A DNA stretch of 64,000 nt from an uncultured bacterium (GTDB lineage: Bacteria; Cyanobacteriota; Vampirovibrionia; Gastranaerophilales; Gastranaerophilaceae). This document shows positions 58,419 through 64,000 of this stretch, piece after piece (the first letter of the stretch is position 1; every line of letters starts with the position of its first letter). The stretch lies in contig CASGEL010000005.1 of NCBI GenBank assembly GCA_949300485.1, positions 88,453 through 152,452 of the forward strand. Reading direction: 5' to 3'. A model generated the notes under the pieces. The model was not told the DNA's origin and did not search any database. It saw only the letters and a list, made by a program, of their open reading frames with translations. The position numbers and the translations under genes were made by a program.

Positions 58419-59168
58419 TTAAACCTCAACTTGTTCTGCAATTTCATCAGGGATATCGCAGTTTGCATAAACATTTTGCACGTCATCCAGTTCTTCCAAA
58501 CGTTCAATCAATCTCATTACAGAAGTTGCAGTTTTAAGATCAGTAACTTCTATTGTGTTTTGTGGAATTCTTGTTAATTCTGCGGTTGTACTTTTAAATC
58601 CTTCGGCTTCAAGTCCTTCTACAACGCTTTGGAAGTTTTCTACAGAAGTAATAACTTTATAGCATTCATCATCTTCTGTTACATCTTCGGCATCAAGGTT
58701 TATTGCGGCTTCAAATAATTTTTCAAAATCAACAGACTTATCAAATTCTATAGAACCTTTTTTGTCAAACATCCAGCTTACACAGTTTGTTTCACCAAGG
58801 TTTCCGTTGAATTTTGTGAAAATACTTCTTACATCTCCTGCTGTTCTGTTTCTGTTATCAGTCATTGCTTCTAATACAACGGCAACACCGCCTGCAGCAT
58901 AACCTTCATATGTTAATTCTTCGTAATTATCTGTAGCGCCGGCTCCTGAACCTTTTTCAATTGCTCTTTTAATATTGTCATTAGGAAGACCTGCAGCCTT
59001 AGCTTTTTCAATCGCTGTTCTGAGTCTGAAATTGCCGGCAGGATCAGGTCCGCCAAGTCTTGCTGCAACTATTAATTCTCTTGAATATTTTTGAAATACT
59101 ACGGCTTTTTGTGAATCTGTTTTTGCTTTTTTGTTTTTAATATTAGCCCACTTTGAATGTCCTGACAT
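58419..59168 (-). CDS. yebC: YebC/PmpR family DNA-binding transcriptional regulator
   Basis: MSGHSKWANIKNKK and the conserved YEGYAAGGVAV. Confidence 0.95.
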   Translation of the reverse strand: MSGHSKWANIKNKKAKTDSQKAVVFQKYSRELIVAARLGGPDPAGNFRLRTAIEKAKAAGLPNDNIKRAIEKGSGAGATDNYEELTYEGYAAGGVAVVLEAMTDNRNRTAGDVRSIFTKFNGNLGETNCVSWMFDKKGSIEFDKSVDFEKLFEAAINLDAEDVTEDDECYKVITSVENFQSVVEGLEAEGFKSTTAELTRIPQNTIEVTDLKTATSVMRLIERLEELDDVQNVYANCDIPDEIAEQVEV

Positions 59169-59253
59169 TTTTACCTCTTTATAATCTATAATACTTATAA
59201 TTTGATAATATCAAAAAGGTATTTCATTTTCAATGATTGAAATTTGTAAATTA

Positions 59254-59283
59254 AAAGACAGCCGGAATATTCTGACTGTCTTT
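59254..59283 (-). terminator. Hairpin downstream of the SLH protein gene
   Basis: aaagacag / ctgtcttt, an 8-bp stem with a 14-nt loop. Weak U-tract. Confidence 0.45.
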
Positions 59284-59314
59284 CAATGTTATTTATGGAA
59301 TTTTAAATTGATAT

Positions 59315-60460
59315 TTATTCAAAAATCCAACCATTAGTAAGGTCAACTTTTACAGGTTGTAAAAGTTTCAGATTAGCGGTGCCTTCAGCCTGTACTTCTA
59401 ATTTTTCACCTTTAAATGCCCATCTTACAAATTTCATCCACCAGTTTCTGTCTTTTTTAATTTCTGCAGTTCCAACAAATGGTGCGGTTTGATCATTTTC
59501 GGTTGTAATAAGTGCATTTTTAAGTACAAGTACACCGTTTCTTACAAAATATTTACCCGGTCTTACATCAAGAAGTTGTCCTTTTAATACAGCACCTTCT
59601 CTGACTAAAATAAATTTTTCTTTTGTAACATAGTTTTGAGGTACAGTTGCAGTATATAATGTTCCGCCTTCAGATGTTTGAGAGCTTACATAAGTTTTTA
59701 ATTTTACCGGAACTATGGTTCCTGCAGGTAAAGTACCTACGTTTCCTTGTACTGTTGCATTTTCAACTACAAATCCTTCGCCTGTTTTCTTCCTCATTGC
59801 TTCTGCTAATTTTGCATTCGGATTTAGTTTTGCCTGCTCCATCATTTTAAATAGTATTGCAGCTACTTCTGCTCTTGTTGCAGGTCTTGTTGCCTCTAGG
59901 GATGCTTTTTGAGCTGTTGGTGCAACTACTATCATTCCTAAGATTTCTGCTTTTCCTGCAGGAATTAAAAACCATTCAGGAATTTCGTTAGCATCAATAT
60001 ATTGTTTTGCAAGGACTTCTTGTGCTTTTTGCAGACTTATTGTTTCGGTTGTCAGCGCGTTAACAGCTACCGATAATGATTCTGCTCTTGATACAGAATC
60101 TTCAGGTCTGAAGGTGTCTCCTGATTTGTCATTTGATATCAGATCAAAATATACAGCTTTTTGAATATCTTCATAAGCCCAATAATTTTCATCTATGTCA
60201 GAAAAATTAACAGGTTGAGCCACTTTTGTGTGCTGTTGTCCTAAAGCTCGGATTGCCATTGCTGCGAACTCTGCTCTTGTAACATTAGCATCAGGTTTAA
60301 AAGTTCCGTCAGGATAACCTACAATAACTCCTTGTTCTGATAATAAATTGATTTGTGATGCAGCCCAATAATCATCATTTACATCAGGAAATGCCATAAC
60401 AGGTGATACTGCAAAGCATAGAATAGCAACAGCAAGAACTGTTTTTAAAAATTTCTTCAT
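59315..60460 (-). CDS. Secreted protein with three N-terminal SLH domains
   Basis: Signal peptide. FPDVNDDYWAASQINLLSEQGVIVGYPDGTFKPDANVTRAEFA, FSDIDENYWAYEDI...FRPEDSVSRAE, and a third degenerate SLH repeat. Confidence 0.85.
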   Translation of the reverse strand: MKKFLKTVLAVAILCFAVSPVMAFPDVNDDYWAASQINLLSEQGVIVGYPDGTFKPDANVTRAEFAAMAIRALGQQHTKVAQPVNFSDIDENYWAYEDIQKAVYFDLISNDKSGDTFRPEDSVSRAESLSVAVNALTTETISLQKAQEVLAKQYIDANEIPEWFLIPAGKAEILGMIVVAPTAQKASLEATRPATRAEVAAILFKMMEQAKLNPNAKLAEAMRKKTGEGFVVENATVQGNVGTLPAGTIVPVKLKTYVSSQTSEGGTLYTATVPQNYVTKEKFILVREGAVLKGQLLDVRPGKYFVRNGVLVLKNALITTENDQTAPFVGTAEIKKDRNWWMKFVRWAFKGEKLEVQAEGTANLKLLQPVKVDLTNGWIFE

Positions 60461-60649
60461 ATTCCCTCCTATTTAATATACACATTTAAATTTAGCATAG
60501 TTAATTTCTTTTTTATAGTCTTAAGCTTTTATATTGTTAATTTCTGTAACAAGAAAGATTAATATATAGAAATATACTGACAAAAAATATTTTTATGGTG
60601 TTTAATTATTACATCATTTAAAATGGTCTTTATAACTCTGGGGTTTAAT

Positions 60650-61369
60650 ATGATTATTAACAGTATTTCTTTAGGTCAGAATCATCCATATAGTTCAAAT
60701 CAAAAATTTGGAACTGCACCCTCTTTTACATCCGTTCATCCTGCGGTGTATTTCGTAAAAGGTACAGATGGTAAGTTTCATCAGGTTTCTTCTGCAGATA
60801 TTATTAAAACTCTTCAAAGGAAAATAGTCGGATGGTTAAACAAGCCGTATAATGATTCTGCGGCTATTAAAAAAGGCAAAAAGCCTAAGGTTTCTAAGTC
60901 TGAATCGCCTGAAGAGAAATCAATAAGGGATAGATTAGTACGATTTTTTTATAATAATGATCCTGATTATGCAAAAAGACCTTTTGTAAGATCTTTTTAT
61001 ACAAAAAATAATAACGGAAGATTGTATTCTTTTATATTGTCAGGACAGTCTTCTGAGTTAGTCGAGGCTGCGGCTAAACCGATAGGACAGGCTCGAGGTG
61101 TTATAAAAGCTAAAAAAGATAATATAACTAAAAATTTTGGAATAGATGAATATAGAGCAAAGAATTATGTGCCGAGGGAAGATGTCAGGGAGCTTGCAGA
61201 GGCGTCTAAAAACTATCATGAAGATGCAGTTAAAGTGATAAAAACTCTCTTATCTCAAAATAGACCTCGCGATATGAGGTTTGAAGCTTATTTTGTTCCT
61301 TATACGAAAGGTAAGGAAGTTAAATATCAGCTTGCGGATGCTTGTTTAAAAAGAGAAGTAAGATTATAA
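60650..61369 (+). CDS. Hypothetical basic protein with the recurrent N-terminal module
   Basis: Start set at the ATG after GGGG (M10 of the track ORF). MIINSISLGQNHPYSSNQKFGTAPSFTS. No family recognised. Confidence 0.55.
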   Translation: MIINSISLGQNHPYSSNQKFGTAPSFTSVHPAVYFVKGTDGKFHQVSSADIIKTLQRKIVGWLNKPYNDSAAIKKGKKPKVSKSESPEEKSIRDRLVRFFYNNDPDYAKRPFVRSFYTKNNNGRLYSFILSGQSSELVEAAAKPIGQARGVIKAKKDNITKNFGIDEYRAKNYVPREDVRELAEASKNYHEDAVKVIKTLLSQNRPRDMRFEAYFVPYTKGKEVKYQLADACLKREVRL

Positions 61370-62017
61370 ATAATAGTTTAAATTTTTTCTCATCCATCCT
61401 TGGTATTCAAAATCATCATTATATTGAGTGTTTAATATTTGTACAGCTTTACATTTAGTAGGCAGGTAATTAAAACCGAGTTCGTGATAGATATGATGCC
61501 CTCCTATGTATGGAGATTTTGTTACTACGTCACTGAACTGACCTTGAGCACTTTGAGTTATTTTATTAAGCAGATAATGTCCTAAATTGCTTTTTGTATA
61601 TTTATAGTCAAGGTAAATATTTTCAATAACTCCGACTTTGTCTGTTACACCGTCCATACTTTCCATTGTTGCATAGCCGATAACTTTGCCATCCCCATTT
61701 TTAGCAACAAGAATAGAGGAGTTTCCGTCAGGTTTTTCAAGAAGTTTTGTAAGATAATGTTTTATATCTTTTAGCCATTGGTATTTGTTTATTTGTTTAT
61801 AAAATTCTTTTGATTCAGCTGCATTTGGTCCGTAGAAATTTCTTATCTTAAACCCCTTCATTTCTTGAGCTCTTATAAGCTTGGCTACAGGAGTAATATC
61901 ATCTGTTGAAGCTTCGCTCATTGTGATTTTTCCCAATGCAGATATGAAAGTTTCTGTTGGGATGGGATTATTTCTTGATGTAAATGTATTTGTAGATTGA
62001 ATGTTGTTTATCTGCAT
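61364..62017 (-). CDS. GNAT-family N-acetyltransferase-like protein with the recurrent N-terminal module
   Basis: MQINNIQSTNTFTS N-terminus. ILVAKNGDGKVIGYATME, IENIYLDYKYTKSNLGHYLLNKI, IYHELGFNY in GNAT-like order. Confidence 0.5.
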   Translation of the reverse strand: MQINNIQSTNTFTSRNNPIPTETFISALGKITMSEASTDDITPVAKLIRAQEMKGFKIRNFYGPNAAESKEFYKQINKYQWLKDIKHYLTKLLEKPDGNSSILVAKNGDGKVIGYATMESMDGVTDKVGVIENIYLDYKYTKSNLGHYLLNKITQSAQGQFSDVVTKSPYIGGHHIYHELGFNYLPTKCKAVQILNTQYNDDFEYQGWMRKNLNYYL

Positions 62018-62195
62018 TTTATGTTTCCTTAAACATATTAAAAACTAACATAAATTTTTTTGCTTTATTTTTATTAAATTTTTTATGTATTTATAGATAT
62101 CATAAATTTATAATCAATTGTATAATGTCTTTTTTTTGTTTATCTGACTAAAATAAAATGCCCAATAATAGATAAATAATAAAGGATATAGATAT

Positions 62196-64000
62196 ATGAA
62201 GCCCAAAAAGATTACAATTATCTTTGGAATTTTGCTGTGTTTATTTGTTCATAATTTTGTTTGCGCAAATCAGGAAACAAAGTATCCCGATTATTCATAT
62301 ATATTTGTAGGAGATGATAAATGGGAAAATTTTAACAGGAAAATATTTGATTTTAATTTAAAACTTAACAAATATGCAATAAGGCCTATTCATATATTCT
62401 GGTCATCAATTATGCCGGAATATGGAATGGATAGAATACAGGCGATGACTTATAATATAGAATTTCCGATAAGGCTTGTAAGCAGCCTAATTCAAAAAGA
62501 TTTTGAAGCCTCTAAAACTGAAACAATAAGATTTTTTACCAATACTATAATTGGTCTTGGTGGAATGTTTGATCCTGCAAAAAGTATTTTCAATATAGAG
62601 CCGGTTAAAGAAAATATGGAGCAGGCTCTTGCAGGATGTAAAATGAAATCCGGCCCATATGTGGTATTGCCTGTAATTTCCTCAACTACATTAAGAGGAA
62701 TTTTGGGTAAAATTTTAGATATGGCATTAAATCCTGGTTCTTATATTGCAACTCCTGTTCTAGCTATTGTAAAGGCCGGATTAACCGTAAACAAAACTTC
62801 TTATTATCAGCCATTAATAAAGATGGTTGAATCTACTTATGCAGATCCTTATGAGATTGCTAAAAAGGCATATGGGATTGATCTGTACATGAAGTGTGCA
62901 AATCTTGACAGAATTGATATATTCCCGTTAATAGTTCCACCAAAAGATGAAGGAGTGAAAGAAAATACTGTAGTAAAAAAGCCTCCTGTTGTTGAGGTAA
63001 AAAAGAAGGGCTCTGTGTCAGATAATAATATTGCCAAAAAAGAAGTTTCATCGGTTATTATAGTGCCCGGATTATTAAAAGGCGGAACAAATATTGATGA
63101 TGTTTTTGAACAATATGGTACAGAGGATTTTAGATTAGGATCAGATATTATTTTACCCGGATATCATCCGCAAAATCCGATAGTCGATTCTATGAGAACA
63201 GCATTATTTCAAATCTCGGGGGTAGATAAATCAATTTGGAATGAACTTTCTATCTGGAACAGAAGTTTTGCGAAGCGAATAAAAACATCCTCGGTTAATA
63301 TTGTTGCGGAGCGTGAAGATTACGATTTTAGATATTTAATGCAAAAAGATAAAAATTCTCCGGTAGTTATCATTTATCCATCTATTGGAGAAGGTATATT
63401 GTCTAGCCACTCGGTTTCTCTGGCAAAAATGTTTTATGATGAAGGATATTCTGTAGTGATTTTAGGCAGTCATTTTCAGTGGGAATTTGTAAAAAGTATG
63501 CCGGAATTTTATAAACCTGGGCTCCCTGCTCAAGATGCAGAAGCTGTAAGAATTGTCACCTTAAAGATTTTAGATTTTTTGCAGAATAAGTATGAATGTA
63601 AATTCTCTGATAAAATTATAATAGGAACATCGTTCGGGGCTTTAACCGCATTATTTGTAGCAGATAAAGAGTCACGCAATAATACTTTGGGCAATACAAA
63701 ATATATTTCTATTTGTCCGCCTATTGAATTAATCTATGCAATGAAGCAGGTTGATAAATTATCTCAGGATTGGAATAATTCTCCAGAGGATTTTAAAAGA
63801 AAAACTGCAGAAACTGCTGCTAAAGTTTTGAAACTCTATGAGTCAAAAGATGAGCTGAGTATAGATGATTTTGTATTACCTTTTACGGAAGAGGAAGGAA
63901 AGCTCATAACAGGTTTTATAATGCATCAAAAGCTTTCTGATTTGATTTTTACTATTGAAAATTCTTCAACATCTGTAAGAAGTGATATATACCATCAAAT
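62196..64000 (+). CDS. MlaA/VacJ-like lipoprotein domain fused to an alpha/beta-hydrolase-like domain (3' end outside the window)
   Basis: Not in the supplied ORF track because there is no stop before the window end. I translated it by hand and found no stop from 62196 to 64000. Signal peptide MKPKKITIIFGILLCLFVHNFVCA. MlaA motifs FNRKIFDFNLKLNKYAIRPI, IGLGGMFDPA, GPYVVLPVISSTTLRG. Later, VVIIYPSIGEG and a nucleophile elbow GTSFG (63624-63638). Confidence 0.7.
   Translation, partial: MKPKKITIIFGILLCLFVHNFVCANQETKYPDYSYIFVGDDKWENFNRKIFDFNLKLNKYAIRPIHIFWSSIMPEYGMDRIQAMTYNIEFPIRLVSSLIQKDFEASKTETIRFFTNTIIGLGGMFDPAKSIFNIEPVKENMEQALAGCKMKSGPYVVLPVISSTTLRGILGKILDMALNPGSYIATPVLAIVKAGLTVNKTSYYQPLIKMVESTYADPYEIAKKAYGIDLYMKCANLDRIDIFPLIVPPKDEGVKENTVVKKPPVVEVKKKGSVSDNNIAKKEVSSVIIVPGLLKGGTNIDDVFEQYGTEDFRLGSDIILPGYHPQNPIVDSMRTALFQISGVDKSIWNELSIWNRSFAKRIKTSSVNIVAEREDYDFRYLMQKDKNSPVVIIYPSIGEGILSSHSVSLAKMFYDEGYSVVILGSHFQWEFVKSMPEFYKPGLPAQDAEAVRIVTLKILDFLQNKYECKFSDKIIIGTSFGALTALFVADKESRNNTLGNTKYISICPPIELIYAMKQVDKLSQDWNNSPEDFKRKTAETAAKVLKLYESKDELSIDDFVLPFTEEEGKLITGFIMHQKLSDLIFTIENSSTSVRSDIYHQ

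Noticed and set aside
62849-63051. Two short minus-strand ORFs listed in the track within 62849-63051.
   Set aside because: They lie inside the long open plus-strand frame (62196 to the window end), which has clear MlaA motifs.
1-64000. Search for tRNA, rRNA, CRISPR arrays, IS elements and long direct repeats in intergenic regions.
   Set aside because: All non-coding gaps are under about 290 bp and AT-rich. They contain only hairpins and promoter-like elements. No cloverleaf-like GC-rich segments, no repeat-spacer periodicity and no transposase-like ORFs were seen by eye. A proper tRNAscan or Infernal run was not possible.

Overview
This is an AT-rich, densely coding chromosomal segment with about 64 CDS. 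I found no rRNA, tRNA, CRISPR array, transposase or prophage block by eye.

The host is a diderm, LPS-making bacterium. The window carries lptD-like, lpxI and lpxB genes, a heptose-7-P kinase, an O-antigen-ligase family protein, MlaE, an MlaA-like protein and a 3xSLH envelope protein.

Housekeeping genes include a dGTPase-like HD protein, XerD-type recombinase, MazG, FolE2, RlmH, MscS, Slt, SpoIID, HU, FtsH, GcvT/H/PA, a DnaJ-like chaperone, TrpRS, SSB, TsaB/TsaE, YebC and a GGDEF cyclase. There is also an AddAB-like helicase with a separate Cas4-like nuclease.

Several traits point to a non-photosynthetic cyanobacteria-related (Melainabacteria/Vampirovibrionia-like) or similar low-GC diderm lineage: a Ycf23/DUF561-like protein, a short tail-less SSB, the SLH protein, split GcvP, FolE2 and a prepilin-type protein. 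This is inference only.

The most unusual signal is a recurring N-terminal add-on with no signal peptide. It has an M-x-I-x-(K/N/S)-I type start, then a polar N/Q/S/T-rich spacer, then a [ST]-F-[TKL]-[GS] motif. It sits on otherwise unrelated, mostly enzyme-like proteins:
- an M49/DPP-III-like peptidase whose tandem paralog lacks the add-on
- a RelA/SpoT-like nucleotide pyrophosphokinase followed by a small partner ORF
- a protein with a Cas9-type HNH motif
- a GNAT
- several unknowns, and in reduced form a Cys-X5-Arg phosphatase

I interpret this as a candidate shared targeting or export module marking a dispersed effector-like repertoire. That is a hypothesis.

Other points worth a second look:
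- orphan corrinoid Fe-S protein genes (acsC/acsD-like) translationally overlapped with ftsH
- a gcvT-H-PA cluster without gcvPB
- a divergent subtilase with a coiled-coil insertion, paired with a Gly/Thr-rich protein
- an MlaA-alpha/beta-hydrolase fusion
- a TrpRS carrying the C-x22-C-x6-C-x2-C Fe-S motif
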